Origin: Geobacter sulfurreducens PCA | GTDB taxonomy: Bacteria; Desulfobacterota; Desulfuromonadia; Geobacterales; Geobacteraceae | Reading direction: 5' to 3' | Assembly: GCF_000007985.2 (NCBI RefSeq) | Contig: NC_002939.5 | Location: forward strand, 2,880,001-2,912,000 | Length of the DNA stretch: 32,000 nt | Shown: piece by piece, positions 1 to 11,325 of the stretch | Layout: every line of letters starts with the position of its first letter | Numbering within the stretch: the first letter of the stretch is position 1 | The notes under the pieces: model-generated | The model's database searches: none | Told to the model about the DNA's origin: nothing | The model's input: the letters and a program-made list of their open reading frames with translations, nothing else | Program-made: the position numbers and the translations under genes

Positions 1-545
1 CCGTCCCACAGGCGGCGGGCCGCGTCGAGATCGTGGGTCGCGCGCGCGCCGGCATAACTGGTCATCCGGAGCAGATGGCCCGTATCCTTTGCCGCGGGCA
101 CGCTGGCGACGGAGGCAACGGCTGCCTCCCGGGCAACGGGACGGCTGTGGCCCCGCACGTCGCTGCCGGCGGCAGTGCCCAGGGGGATGCGAATGGTCTG
201 GCCCACCCGCAGCCGGCGGATGTCGGTGATGCCGTTGATCCGGCGAACCTCGGGGATGAGCGTCTCGGCCTCCCGGTTGGAAAACCCGTATTCCTTCATG
301 AGGATCTTGAAAATGTGGTCGCCCGGACGGACCGTGTAGTCGGTGACTCCTGCCGAAGCCCGTTCGCTTTTACGGGCCGGGCGCCCTTCGCTGCGGGGGG
401 CCGCGGGAGCCTCGCCCCCCTGGGAAAGCAGGCTGGGCGTAAGTTCGAACCGGCGGTCAAGGGCATGCGCTCCCCCGGACACGCCGAGAAGTGCCACGGC
501 TGCGAACGCTATGCCGACCCACAATCTGGGTGCCAATGATGACAT
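1..545 (-). CDS. LysM-domain secreted protein, N-terminal part (gene continues beyond the left edge)
   Basis: Absent from the ORF track because it runs off the window. My own minus-strand translation from the ATG at 545-543 gives MSSLAPRLWVGIAFAAVALLGVSGGAHA (signal-peptide-like). It continues to YTVRPGDHIFKILMKEYGFSNREAETLIPEVRRINGITDIRRLRVGQTIRIP (LysM-like). The RBS GGGAGAAGGA sits directly upstream and third codon positions are GC-rich. The plus-strand ORF 33..539 is its shadow. Confidence 0.7.
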   Translation of the reverse strand, partial: MSSLAPRLWVGIAFAAVALLGVSGGAHALDRRFELTPSLLSQGGEAPAAPRSEGRPARKSERASAGVTDYTVRPGDHIFKILMKEYGFSNREAETLIPEVRRINGITDIRRLRVGQTIRIPLGTAAGSDVRGHSRPVAREAAVASVASVPAAKDTGHLLRMTSYAGARATHDLDAARRLWD

Positions 546-619
546 TCCTTCTCCCGTCAATGCGTGAATATCCCGCGTCACGAAACCGTCGTGCTTCGTC
601 CGCGGGTTGGTGCCGGGCA

Positions 620-2002
620 TCAGGAGAGCGAGAGGACGATGCCCCGGATCGTGCCGCCCTTGCCCCGATACACGACAATCTCGCCATTACCGGCGGTCCT
701 GGCGCTCTCGACCAGGTAGCCGTCCTTTTTCCGGCGCGCCGGGTCGGTGCGGTCCTCGCTGCCCGTCAGCTCACGCAGGACCATGGCCACATAGGACTCG
801 GCAATGCCCCCCTTCCCTGCCGCGATGACCTGGACGGCCTTTACCGCGCCCGATTCCCGGTAAACCCTGAATTCCATCCCCTTGCCCCGGTAGCGCTCCC
901 AGCCGGGATTGGCGCGGGAAAAGGCCTCATCGCGCTCCTTGGTGGGGATGAACGTGGGAAGGTGCGTCGCGGACGCGGGGTGCGCCGGGTCCGGCTCGGC
1001 AGTCGGTGCAGGAGCGCCGGCCGGAGGCGCGGAGGGGGTCGCGGCCGACGGAGCGGAGGGCGCAACGGCGGCCGCAGGCTGGGACGGTTTCCCCGGATGA
1101 AGCAGGAAATAGGCGGCAGCCGACGACGCCATCACCAGCAGAACCGCGAGTAGGGGCATCCGGAGGGATTTCCGGCCAGCCCTGGCGGGTGAGGACCCGG
1201 TTGCCCTAAAGGGAGGAACCGCCGGTCGCGGCTTCTGCTCCGCGGCCACGGGCGGAGCACTGAAATCGGCCACGGAAGGCGCCGTCCGGGGGGGAGCGGG
1301 GGCCGGGTCCGTCTCCGGAACGGATTCGGCCGGGGCAGCCGGGGGGGGAGTTACGACGTCCACGGCAACGGGCACGACTTCGGCAACGGCGGGTGCGGCC
1401 GCAACGCAAACGGGCGCCTCGTCCTCAACCGGAGCGTGCATCTCTGTCGGCAGCGCGGGCACGTCCCAGCTGTTGAACTCGAATTCCGGAGCAGCATCCT
1501 CCTCCGCAGCGTCGATCTCCTGCGCGGCCTCGTCCCCGGCCGACGGTGCCGCGTCTATGGCGGACTCGTCGATTGCAGGCTCGGCCACGGCCTCGCCAGC
1601 GGCGACAGACTCCCCGATGGCGTCATCGACCCAGAGGCCGGGCGAGATCGCCAGCACGCACTCCCTGAGCGCATGGGCAAGCTCATCGGCCGATTGATTG
1701 AAGTCGAGGGAATCGTCGAACCACTTTTTCCCCCCCTGGGGCTTGAGGGGAGCGGTGTGAACGAGGATGATGCGTGGAGCCTCAGTCCGAAGGAGCGTCT
1801 TGATGTGCCGGGCGACCGTCTCTCCCGAAATGCCGGAAATCTCGCTCTGGATGAACACGCCCGAGGGACGGTTGTCGAACACGTCCTTGAGGCCCTGGTC
1901 GAAATCCGGAGCGAGCTTCACCCGCCCTTTATAGTGGGAGCGAAGAAACGTGAGAACGTCACTGGACCTGAAGTCGTCGGAAATAAAGAGGATGGTATTC
2001 AT
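620..2002 (-). CDS. Membrane protein: N-terminal CheY-like pseudo-receiver, acidic and Pro/Ala-rich linkers, one TM helix, conserved-looking C-terminal extracytoplasmic domain
   Basis: 460-aa ORF. The N-terminus MNTILFISDD...GVFIQSEISGISGETVARHIK...RIILVHTAP resembles a receiver fold, but the phospho-acceptor Asp position holds S/E. A hydrophobic helix MPLLAVLLVMASSAAAYFLL lies mid-protein. Long P/A/E low-complexity tracts flank it. The C-terminal ~130 aa is globular-looking. Confidence 0.7.
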   Translation of the reverse strand: MNTILFISDDFRSSDVLTFLRSHYKGRVKLAPDFDQGLKDVFDNRPSGVFIQSEISGISGETVARHIKTLLRTEAPRIILVHTAPLKPQGGKKWFDDSLDFNQSADELAHALRECVLAISPGLWVDDAIGESVAAGEAVAEPAIDESAIDAAPSAGDEAAQEIDAAEEDAAPEFEFNSWDVPALPTEMHAPVEDEAPVCVAAAPAVAEVVPVAVDVVTPPPAAPAESVPETDPAPAPPRTAPSVADFSAPPVAAEQKPRPAVPPFRATGSSPARAGRKSLRMPLLAVLLVMASSAAAYFLLHPGKPSQPAAAVAPSAPSAATPSAPPAGAPAPTAEPDPAHPASATHLPTFIPTKERDEAFSRANPGWERYRGKGMEFRVYRESGAVKAVQVIAAGKGGIAESYVAMVLRELTGSEDRTDPARRKKDGYLVESARTAGNGEIVVYRGKGGTIRGIVLSLS

Positions 2003-2087
2003 ACTTGTTCCATGGATACCGGATACTCACATGAGGCGGAATTTAATGTCAATCTTTTTCCTGATGGTTATGGCACCCAGCCTTAAA

Positions 2088-2103
2088 TGCAAAATAAGGG
2101 CCA
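2088..2103 (-). promoter_or_regulatory. Candidate sigma54 (-24/-12) promoter for the 620..2002 gene
   Basis: The minus strand reads CTGGCCCTTATTTTGCAT. TGGC and TTGCA are spaced exactly as in the consensus TGGCACG-N4-TTGCW (GG at 2102-2101, GC at 2090-2089). It lies about 85 nt upstream of the ATG at 2002, in an AT-richer tract. Confidence 0.45.
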
Positions 2104-2202
2104 GCCAATAAAAGATTCCTCGTAATATTTCACACTCCTCATATCTGCCGGAGGCGCGCTGCCGCATCGAAGGGGACCGGCGGAATTGAGCCATTACGAC
2201 GT

Positions 2203-2234
2203 ACGGGCTGCCCGGCACTTCCCGGACAGCCCGT
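2203..2234. other. Inverted repeat ACGGGCTG-N16-CAGCCCGT with inner CCGG/CCGG; either an rbr 3' stem-loop or an activator-binding site
   Basis: Perfect 8-bp arms at 2203-2210 and 2227-2234. There is no U-tract on either strand, so it is not a canonical intrinsic terminator. Its centre is roughly 140 nt upstream of the start predicted from the 2088-2103 element. Confidence 0.35.
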
Positions 2235-2317
2235 GTGAAAACGCTGATGGCCTGCTTGGCTGGTCTTTGCTCGAAGCTACCCAGAGGATCAACCGGGCGG
2301 GACATGAGACAAAGTGA

Positions 2318-2824
2318 CTAGGCTACCTTGAAGAACACGCTCCCCTTGGCCCCGCAGACTTCGCACTTTTCCGGCGCTTCGCGCTCCACCGTGTGGCCGC
2401 AGACGGGGCAGACGTAGTAGTCGAACTCCTCCGTCGACTGGCCGAGGGTGTCGAGGGCCTGCTGGTAAAGGGCCGCGTGGACTTTTTCCACGGCATTGGC
2501 AAAAGTGAACGAGCGGCGGGCCTCGGTGGCACCCTCCAGTTCAGCGTCGGCGATCATCTGGGGATACATGTTCTTGAACTCGTGGGTTTCCCCGGCAACG
2601 GCCTCCACCAGGTTCTCACGGGTTGCGCCGATGGCGCCGAGGGCGCGCAGGTGGTTGTGGGCATGGATGGTTTCGGCCTCCGCCGCGGCGCGGAAGAGCT
2701 TCGCCACCTGGGTGAACCCTTCCTTGTCCGCCTGCTTCGCAAAGGCGAGGTACTTGCGATTCGCCTGGGACTCACCGGCGAATGCTTCCTTCAGATCAGC
2801 GATACTCTTGGGGGTCTCTGCCAT
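2318..2824 (-). CDS. rbr: Rubrerythrin
   Basis: MAETPKSIADLKEAFAGESQANRKYLAFA... shows ferritin-like diiron E..H motifs. The C-terminus has a rubredoxin-like CPVCGH...CEVCG. I moved the start to the ATG at 2824 because AAGGAGG lies 6 nt upstream; the ORF-track start at 2860 has no RBS. Confidence 0.9.
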   Translation of the reverse strand: MAETPKSIADLKEAFAGESQANRKYLAFAKQADKEGFTQVAKLFRAAAEAETIHAHNHLRALGAIGATRENLVEAVAGETHEFKNMYPQMIADAELEGATEARRSFTFANAVEKVHAALYQQALDTLGQSTEEFDYYVCPVCGHTVEREAPEKCEVCGAKGSVFFKVA

Positions 2825-2881
2825 GGCTGCCTCCTTGTGGTGATAGGGGTCCTGACGCATCAGCGTCCGAACGCCTCCCTG

Positions 2882-3778
2882 CTAAAGCCGTATCAGATCC
2901 TCATGCTCCTCGTCGTGGGGATTGATGTGGATCATGACATCCCCCACGTTGGGGAACCGTTCGAAAATCAATTTTTTGACACACGTGGCGATATCGTGGG
3001 ATTGTTTGACCGTCATCTCCGGGTCCATGTCGAGCTTGAGGTCGATGATGATGTACTGGCCCGACCGGCGCCCCCGTATTTCATGGACGTGCTCGACCCC
3101 CTCGGCCAGATCAGTGACCGCCCGGATGAAGTCGCCGGGCGGCTGGCCGTCCATGAGGTCGTGGAGGGCGCTACGGAAGGTCTCGTACCCGATCTTGAAA
3201 ATGAAGAGAGAGGTGAGTCCCGCTGCAAGCGGGTCCATGATGCCGAAACCGGCATAGGCGCCGACAACACCCACCAGGGTTCCGACAGAGGTAAGGGCGT
3301 CCTTGCGATGGTCCATGGCAACGGCCTGGAGCGCCGGACTGTCGAGCTTTCGCCCCGCCGCGACGCTGTAGCGATAGAGCCCTTCCTTGATGACGATGGT
3401 CAGCAGGGCGGCAGCCACCGCGATGAGATCGGGGGTCTGCCAGGAGCGGGACATGATGGTGCGCACCGACTGCACCAGGATGAACATACCGGCGCCGCCG
3501 ATGACCAGCGCGATGACGAATGCCGCCACGTTCTCCGCCTTGCCGTGGCCGTAGGGGTGTCTGGCGTCGAAGGGCTTGCGCCCCACCCGCAGCGCCACCA
3601 TGGTAAAGAGGAGCGCCACGAAGTCGCAGCCGCTCTCAACGCCGTCGGCAAAAACCGCTTCCGACCCGCCGAAGTGCCCTGCCGCAAGTTTCATGACCAT
3701 CAGGACGGCATTGACCCAGAATCCCAGGTGAATGACTTTCTCCGCCCGTTCGAACCGTTCCTCACGAAGCACGGTCAT
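2882..3778 (-). CDS. Cation diffusion facilitator (CDF) family divalent-metal efflux transporter
   Basis: 298 aa with six hydrophobic segments and a CDF-like signature (ADGVESGCDF..., HPYGHGKAEN). It has a C-terminal cytoplasmic domain ending in a His/Glu-rich tail (HINPHDEEHEDL). Confidence 0.85.
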   Translation of the reverse strand: MTVLREERFERAEKVIHLGFWVNAVLMVMKLAAGHFGGSEAVFADGVESGCDFVALLFTMVALRVGRKPFDARHPYGHGKAENVAAFVIALVIGGAGMFILVQSVRTIMSRSWQTPDLIAVAAALLTIVIKEGLYRYSVAAGRKLDSPALQAVAMDHRKDALTSVGTLVGVVGAYAGFGIMDPLAAGLTSLFIFKIGYETFRSALHDLMDGQPPGDFIRAVTDLAEGVEHVHEIRGRRSGQYIIIDLKLDMDPEMTVKQSHDIATCVKKLIFERFPNVGDVMIHINPHDEEHEDLIRL

Positions 3779-5498
3779 CTCCCGATCGTTTCAGATCCTT
3801 CAGAGTGAGCTGGAATTTTCGCCGGCCGTTCCAGCTGTTCCAGCCAGCCGTAAAGAGAATGTCCACCCGCTCGCCGGGCGCACCGTCCCTGGCGGCGAGG
3901 TTGAAACCGACGGCATCCACCTGGCGCCCCCCCAGGTCCAGCCGCAGTTGCAGGTGATGCCCGCCGGCGACCCGCCGGCCACAGATCGTGGCGCCGCGCA
4001 GCAGGAACAGCGGCTCCGGATTCCCCATGCCGAACGGCTCCAGGGCCTCGATCAGGTCCACGAGCGCCGGGGTCACCTCGTCGGCGGCAAGCTCGGCGTC
4101 AGCGGCCACCACCGGCTTCAGGTCGTCGGGACCCAGCAGTCCGGCACAGACGTCTTCAAACCGATCCACGAAGGCCTGGAGGGTTTCCTCGTCAATGGAG
4201 AGGCCCGCCGCCTGCCGGTGCCCGCCGAACTTCTCCAGGTGCTCGCCGCACGCCGACAGGGCATCCAGCAGATGGAGCGCGGGCACGCTTCGCCCGGAGC
4301 CGCGTCCCGTGCCGTCCTGCAGGGCGATGAGAATGGTGGGCCGATGAAACCTGTCCACCAGCCGGGATGCCACGATGCCCACCACGCCGGGATGCCAGGC
4401 GTCTGAGGCGAGGACGATGCTCCTCTTGCTGGCCATGGCAGGGTTTGCCCGCACCATGGCGGTTGCCTCGTCGAGGATGGAGCGCTCCAGGGCCTGCCGC
4501 TCCCCGTTGCTCCGGTCGAGCTCCGCCGCAAGGGTGGCCGCCCTGCTCCGGTCGCCGGTAAGGAGCAGCTCCACGCCGAGTGAGGCATCCTCCAGGCGAC
4601 CGGCGGCATTCAGGCGCGGGGCCAGACGGAAGCCCACGGCGCCGCAACCGACCCGGCCGGCCACTCCCGCCACATCCTTGAGGGCAGTCACCCCCACACG
4701 GCTCGTGGCGGACATTTCCTTCAACCCGTACGTAACAAAGATCCGGTTCTCCTCCACCAAGGGTACCACATCGGCGATGGTTCCCAGGGCCACGAGGTCC
4801 AGATACTGGCGGAGATTGGGCTCGGGACCGGCAGTGAAACACCCCTGCTCCCGCAACCGGCCCCGGAGGGCGATCAGGAGGTTGAATGCGACGCCGACGC
4901 CGGCCAGGGACTTGAAGGGATAGGAACAGCCGGGCTGCCGGGGATTGATGACTGCCAGGGCCCGGGGCAGCTCGGGACCCGGGCTGTGGTGGTCGGTGAT
5001 GATGAGATCAACGCCGAGGGAGGCGCATAAATCGGCCTCTGCCACGGAGCCGATGCCGCAATCGACCGTGACGATCACCCGCGCGCCCCTTTCCGCAACG
5101 GCGCGGATGCCGTCCTCGGAGAGGCCGTAGCCGTCGCTGAGCCGTTTGGGGATATGATAGCGGCAGGTAAATCCCACCTCCCGGAAAAAACTCACCAGGA
5201 GGGCGGTGCCGGTCACGCCGTCCACATCGTAGTCGCCGTACACGCAGACCTGCTCACCGTTGCGCAGGGCAGCGCAGAGGCGCTCCACCGCGGCATCCAT
5301 GCCGCGCAGCAGCAGCGGGTCGCGGAGGTCGGCCAGGGTCGCACCGAGAAAGCGCCGCCCGTCGATTCCGTCGGTCACCCCCCGGTTGGCCAGCAGCCGG
5401 GCCAGGAGAGGATCAAGGGAGAGATCCCGGGAGAGCCGGACCACCACATCCCGGTCCGGCTCCCGTATGGTCCAGACTTTTTCGTTGCCCGCGTGCAT
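3762..5498 (-). CDS. recJ: Single-stranded-DNA-specific exonuclease RecJ
   Basis: 578 aa with DHH-family motifs (VYGDYDVDGVTG, VTVDCG, LIITDHH) and a DHHA1-type GGH motif (FGGHRQAAG). Its 3' end overlaps the CDF start by 17 nt. Confidence 0.9.
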   Translation of the reverse strand: MHAGNEKVWTIREPDRDVVVRLSRDLSLDPLLARLLANRGVTDGIDGRRFLGATLADLRDPLLLRGMDAAVERLCAALRNGEQVCVYGDYDVDGVTGTALLVSFFREVGFTCRYHIPKRLSDGYGLSEDGIRAVAERGARVIVTVDCGIGSVAEADLCASLGVDLIITDHHSPGPELPRALAVINPRQPGCSYPFKSLAGVGVAFNLLIALRGRLREQGCFTAGPEPNLRQYLDLVALGTIADVVPLVEENRIFVTYGLKEMSATSRVGVTALKDVAGVAGRVGCGAVGFRLAPRLNAAGRLEDASLGVELLLTGDRSRAATLAAELDRSNGERQALERSILDEATAMVRANPAMASKRSIVLASDAWHPGVVGIVASRLVDRFHRPTILIALQDGTGRGSGRSVPALHLLDALSACGEHLEKFGGHRQAAGLSIDEETLQAFVDRFEDVCAGLLGPDDLKPVVAADAELAADEVTPALVDLIEALEPFGMGNPEPLFLLRGATICGRRVAGGHHLQLRLDLGGRQVDAVGFNLAARDGAPGERVDILFTAGWNSWNGRRKFQLTLKDLKRSGDDRAS

Positions 5499-5521
5499 GG
5501 CTCCTCGCGACCGTCCGCGCG

Positions 5522-5546
5522 AAAAAAATCCCCGCCGGAGCGGGGA
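5522..5546 (-). terminator. Rho-independent terminator ending the spoIID-to-TPR gene string
   Basis: The minus strand reads TCCCCGC-TCCG-GCGGGGA followed by TTTTTTT. It lies 14 nt downstream of the TPR gene stop. Confidence 0.85.
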
Positions 5547-5559
5547 TGAGGTGTGCGGC

Positions 5560-6150
5560 CTAGCGGAACATGGGGCCCGGTGCCGAAGAGCTGGGCTGGA
5601 CCTGTTGCGCCTGTTCCATCATCATCCTGACCCGCTGGGCGTTGGGGCTCGCGGGATCCAGGTCGAGATAGCGTTTCCAGTATTCGACAGCCTTGGCGGG
5701 CTGCTTCAGGTCTTCCATGTAGATGATGCCCAGGTTGAACAGACTCTGAACATGCTTCGGATCGACCTTCATTGCTGCTTCCAGGTTAGTGACCGCCTTG
5801 TCGAACCAGCCCACTGCCCGGTACATGATCGCCTGGTCGGTAAGGATGTTGGGATCGTTCGGCTTGAGCTCCAGGGCCTTGCCGTAGGCTTCGATGGCCT
5901 TCTGCGGCTGATTGGTGTCGAAGTAGTCATTGCCCAGCTGGACCCAGGCCTGGAGATTCTTCGGGTCCTGGGCCACGACTTTGACGGTCTGGGCGATCCG
6001 CTCCTCATAGTTCACCATGGGAGCTCCCCCCCCCGCCATCCCGCCGGCCGGCGCCGGGTTCTTGGACCCACTGATGCTGAACACCAGGTAACCGCCCAGG
6101 AGTCCCACGACGAGAGCCACAACTGCGGCAAGCAAGGTTTCCTTGTTCAT
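5560..6150 (-). CDS. Membrane-anchored tetratricopeptide-repeat (TPR) protein
   Basis: N-terminal TM helix (LLAAVVALVVGLLGGYLVF) followed by TPR-like repeats (AWVQLGNDYFDTNQPQKAIEAYGKALELKPND..., LFNLGIIYMEDLKQPAKAVEYWKRYLDLDP). Confidence 0.8.
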   Translation of the reverse strand: MNKETLLAAVVALVVGLLGGYLVFSISGSKNPAPAGGMAGGGAPMVNYEERIAQTVKVVAQDPKNLQAWVQLGNDYFDTNQPQKAIEAYGKALELKPNDPNILTDQAIMYRAVGWFDKAVTNLEAAMKVDPKHVQSLFNLGIIYMEDLKQPAKAVEYWKRYLDLDPASPNAQRVRMMMEQAQQVQPSSSAPGPMFR

Positions 6151-6163
6151 ATACTGTCTCCCC

Positions 6164-7072
6164 CTAGGCCTTGGTTTCCTTGTTCCGCGACCCCCAGATC
6201 ACGACAATGGGGCTCGCCACGAACACGGATGAATATACACCGACGATGATGCCCACCAGCAGCGCGAAGGCGAAGTCGTGAATCACCTCGCCACCGAAGA
6301 AAAAGAGCGAGGCGGTCGCCAGGAACGTGGTCAGGGCGGTAATGATTGTCCGGGAAAGGACCTCGTTGATGCTGAAGTTGCAGATTGCCGTCAGGGAATC
6401 CTTGACGTTCTTGTGCAGGTTTTCCCTGATCCGGTCGAAGACGACCACCGTATCGGTCAGCGAGTAGCCGGCAATGGTGAGCACCGCCGTGATGAAGAGC
6501 AGGTTGATCTCCTTCTGCATGACGAAGAAGACGGCAAACATGGCCAGCACGTCGTGAAGGGTCGCCGCCAGGGCACCCACGCCGAAGGCGAAGTCGAAGC
6601 GCCAGGCGATGTAGATGACAATGCCCACCAGTGAAATGACCACTGCCACGAGGGTGTCCTTGCGGAGCTTGTCGCCGATGGCCGGGCCGATCTCCGTGGA
6701 GCTCTCGATCACGAACCGGTTGTCGGTGAACTCCTTCCGGAAGGCATCTTCGATGGCGTCGGCTGCCGGCCCCTGAACGTGGGTGGCCTTGCCGACCTTG
6801 ACGAGAAGCTTGTTGCCCCCGGAAACCTCCTGAAGGTTGGCGTCCTTGAAACCGTGCTTGGCCAAGGCGTGCCGGGCCTGGTCGATGGCTACCGGCTGGC
6901 TGAAGTTGAGCTGGACCGCGGTGCCGCCGGAAAAATCGATCCCCATGTTGGCGGTTCCCAGGGCAATCTGTCCGACGCCGATCAGTCCGAGCAATGCGAT
7001 GATGGAAGAGATCACGAACGTGATCTTCTTTTTGCCCATGAAATCGAAATTTGTTTTGCCGATTATTTGCAT
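6164..7072 (-). CDS. secF: Protein translocase subunit SecF
   Basis: 302 aa. MQIIGKTNFDFMGKKKITFVISS... is a typical SecF N-terminus, followed by six TM segments. It sits immediately downstream of secD. Confidence 0.93.
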   Translation of the reverse strand: MQIIGKTNFDFMGKKKITFVISSIIALLGLIGVGQIALGTANMGIDFSGGTAVQLNFSQPVAIDQARHALAKHGFKDANLQEVSGGNKLLVKVGKATHVQGPAADAIEDAFRKEFTDNRFVIESSTEIGPAIGDKLRKDTLVAVVISLVGIVIYIAWRFDFAFGVGALAATLHDVLAMFAVFFVMQKEINLLFITAVLTIAGYSLTDTVVVFDRIRENLHKNVKDSLTAICNFSINEVLSRTIITALTTFLATASLFFFGGEVIHDFAFALLVGIIVGVYSSVFVASPIVVIWGSRNKETKA

Positions 7073-7080
7073 GATGCCCC

Positions 7081-8682
7081 CTAGACGCTCAGACGCTTGA
7101 CCCGCAGACGGTTCAGGACGAAATCGAAGATCGCCTTGGTTCCGACGAGGGCAGTAAAGAGGTTGATAATGACCCCCAGACTGAGCGACACGGCAAATCC
7201 CTTGACCGGACCGGTGCCGAACTGGAAGAGGACCGCCGCGGTTATAAGGGTGGTCACGTGGGAGTCCATGATGGTGAGGAACGCCTTGTCGTAGCCTGAA
7301 TCAAGGGCGGCAATCGGCGTTTTGCCAAGGCGCAGTTCCTCCCGTATCCGTTCGAAGATCAGAACGTTGGCGTCAACCGACATGCCGATCAGCAGTACGA
7401 TGGCGGCGATGCCGGGCAGGGTGAGGGTCGCCCCCAGGGCGGCCAGAGCCCCCATGAGGAAGAGGACGTTGAGAATCATCCCGAAATTGGCCACCATCCC
7501 CGACAGCTTGTAGTAGATCCCCATGAAGAGGATCACGAGCGCGACGCCGATGGCGCCGGCCATGAGTCCCTTGTTGATGGAGTCTTCACCCAGGGACGGA
7601 CCCACCGTCACGTTCTGGATGATCTTGACCGGGGCGGGGAGGGAACCGGCCCGGAGCACGATGGCCAGGTCGGCCGCTTCCTTCTCGGTGAACGAGCCGG
7701 AGATCTGGGCGCTCCCGCCGGAGATCCGCTCGCGGATGACCGGGGCCGAGTAGATGGTGTTGTCAAGGACGATGGCGAAGCGCTTGCCCACGTTGGCGGC
7801 GGTCACTTGGTCGAAGAGCCGGGCGCCGGTCGAGTTGAACTCGATGGCCACGTAGGGCTGGTTGAACTGGGAATCGATCCTGATCTGGGCATCGGTGAGA
7901 AGATCACCGGTAATGATTGCCTTCTTCTTCACCGCCAGCGGAATCTCGGTGACCGCCCCGGTGGTGGGATCGGTCCGCTTCTCCATCAGGATTTCCGTGT
8001 CTTCGGGAATGGTTCCCGGCGTGGCGATGGCCGGATTGACCGTCTCGTCCACCAGCTTGAACTCAAGGCGGGCCGTGCGGCCGATGAGCTCGATGGCCCG
8101 CTTCGGGTCGCTGATGCCCGGCAGCTGGACCACGATGTTGGTGAGTCCTTCGCGGGCAATGACCGGCTCGGAAACGCCGAACTGGTCAATCCGGTTGCGG
8201 ATGGTTTCCAGGGCCTGGGCAACGGCCCGGTCCTTGCGCTCCTGGGCCTCCTTCTCGTTCATCCGGAGCTGCAGGTGCACGAAGCCCCCCTCGTCATAGG
8301 GGGGGACGAGCGTCATGGTCGGGTACTTGTCCTTGAGAAGCTTCTGGGCCTCGTCAGCGGTCCCGCGATCGTAAAAAGTCATGCCGACCCGGTCGCCCCC
8401 CTGACGGGCGATCTGCTTGTACCGCAGCGTCTTGGCCGAGAGCGCATCCTCCAGGTCGGTGGCGATGAGGTCCAGGGTCCCCTCAACGGCCTTCTGGGTT
8501 TCCACCTCCATGACCAAATGCGTCCCGCCCTGCAGGTCGAGTCCCAGGTGTATCCGGTCCTTGGGAAGGAGTCCCTTCCACCAGGACGGCAGCGGCGACA
8601 CCAGGGTCGGGGTCAGGTAGAGAAGCGACAGAGTAATAAATAATGCAATGAGGCTGAAGCGCCAGAGTAGCCCTTTGGACAT
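7081..8682 (-). CDS. secD: Protein translocase subunit SecD
   Basis: 533 aa with an N-terminal TM helix, a large periplasmic domain (LGLDLQGGTHLVMEV...) and a C-terminal 5-TM bundle (IFERIREE motif). Confidence 0.93.
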   Translation of the reverse strand: MSKGLLWRFSLIALFITLSLLYLTPTLVSPLPSWWKGLLPKDRIHLGLDLQGGTHLVMEVETQKAVEGTLDLIATDLEDALSAKTLRYKQIARQGGDRVGMTFYDRGTADEAQKLLKDKYPTMTLVPPYDEGGFVHLQLRMNEKEAQERKDRAVAQALETIRNRIDQFGVSEPVIAREGLTNIVVQLPGISDPKRAIELIGRTARLEFKLVDETVNPAIATPGTIPEDTEILMEKRTDPTTGAVTEIPLAVKKKAIITGDLLTDAQIRIDSQFNQPYVAIEFNSTGARLFDQVTAANVGKRFAIVLDNTIYSAPVIRERISGGSAQISGSFTEKEAADLAIVLRAGSLPAPVKIIQNVTVGPSLGEDSINKGLMAGAIGVALVILFMGIYYKLSGMVANFGMILNVLFLMGALAALGATLTLPGIAAIVLLIGMSVDANVLIFERIREELRLGKTPIAALDSGYDKAFLTIMDSHVTTLITAAVLFQFGTGPVKGFAVSLSLGVIINLFTALVGTKAIFDFVLNRLRVKRLSV

Positions 8683-8707
8683 GAGCGAAGCTCCTTTCGA
8701 TGGATCC

Positions 8708-9028
8708 TTAGTCCTTCTTCAGGCTGGCGACGTATCCCTTGGTGATCTTGATGACGACGCCAGGTGCAATCTCGAGGTTCACGATATCGCCATCGATGCC
8801 GCTCACCTTGCCGTGCATGCCGCCGGCGGTGACCACCTGGTCGCCCCGCTTGAGGGAGTCGAGCAGGGCCCGGTGCTCCTTGGCCTTCTTCTGCTGGGGA
8901 CGGATCAACAGGAAATAGAAGATGGCGAACATGAAGACCAGGGGCAGAATTGCCTGGAAAGCCCCCATGGCGCCGCCGGCCTGGGCGCCTCCCGGGGGTG
9001 CCGCCATTGCAAACGCGATTCCGAGCAT
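8708..9028 (-). CDS. yajC: Preprotein translocase subunit YajC
   Basis: Small protein with one TM helix and the motif LIRPQQKKAKEHRALLDSLKRGDQVVTAGGMHGKV. I placed the start at the ATG at 9028, where GGAGG lies 8 nt upstream. The ORF-track GTG at 9043 lies inside that RBS. Confidence 0.88.
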   Translation of the reverse strand: MLGIAFAMAAPPGGAQAGGAMGAFQAILPLVFMFAIFYFLLIRPQQKKAKEHRALLDSLKRGDQVVTAGGMHGKVSGIDGDIVNLEIAPGVVIKITKGYVASLKKD

Positions 9029-9098
9029 TGTGTGTACCTCCACGTGTATTGTGTAGGGCAGAGCCCTCTGTTAAACGACTGTGAAAAAACTGCTACCG

Positions 9099-11311
<2,213 letters not shown>

Positions 11312-11325
<14 letters not shown>

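Noticed and set aside
33-539. 168-aa plus-strand ORF at the left edge
   Set aside because: Its sequence is Gly/Ala/Arg-rich with no motifs. The opposite strand encodes a convincing signal-peptide plus LysM protein with an RBS, so this is a high-GC shadow ORF.
2071-2086. TGGCAC on the plus strand in the rbr-downstream intergenic region
   Set aside because: The -12 position reads CTTA, and the element points into the 3' end of rbr in antisense. The minus-strand element at 2088-2103 fits much better.
2027-2305. 92-aa minus-strand ORF filling the rbr / 620-2002 intergenic region
   Set aside because: It has no RBS (the ATG is 12 nt after the rbr stop). The second half has AT-rich third positions. 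It spans the inverted repeat and the candidate sigma54 promoter, so the region is more likely regulatory DNA.
2393-3808. 471-aa plus-strand ORF antisense to rubrerythrin and the CDF gene
   Set aside because: It is a long open frame typical of the antisense strand of GC-rich genes. It has no motifs, and both sense genes have strong family signatures.
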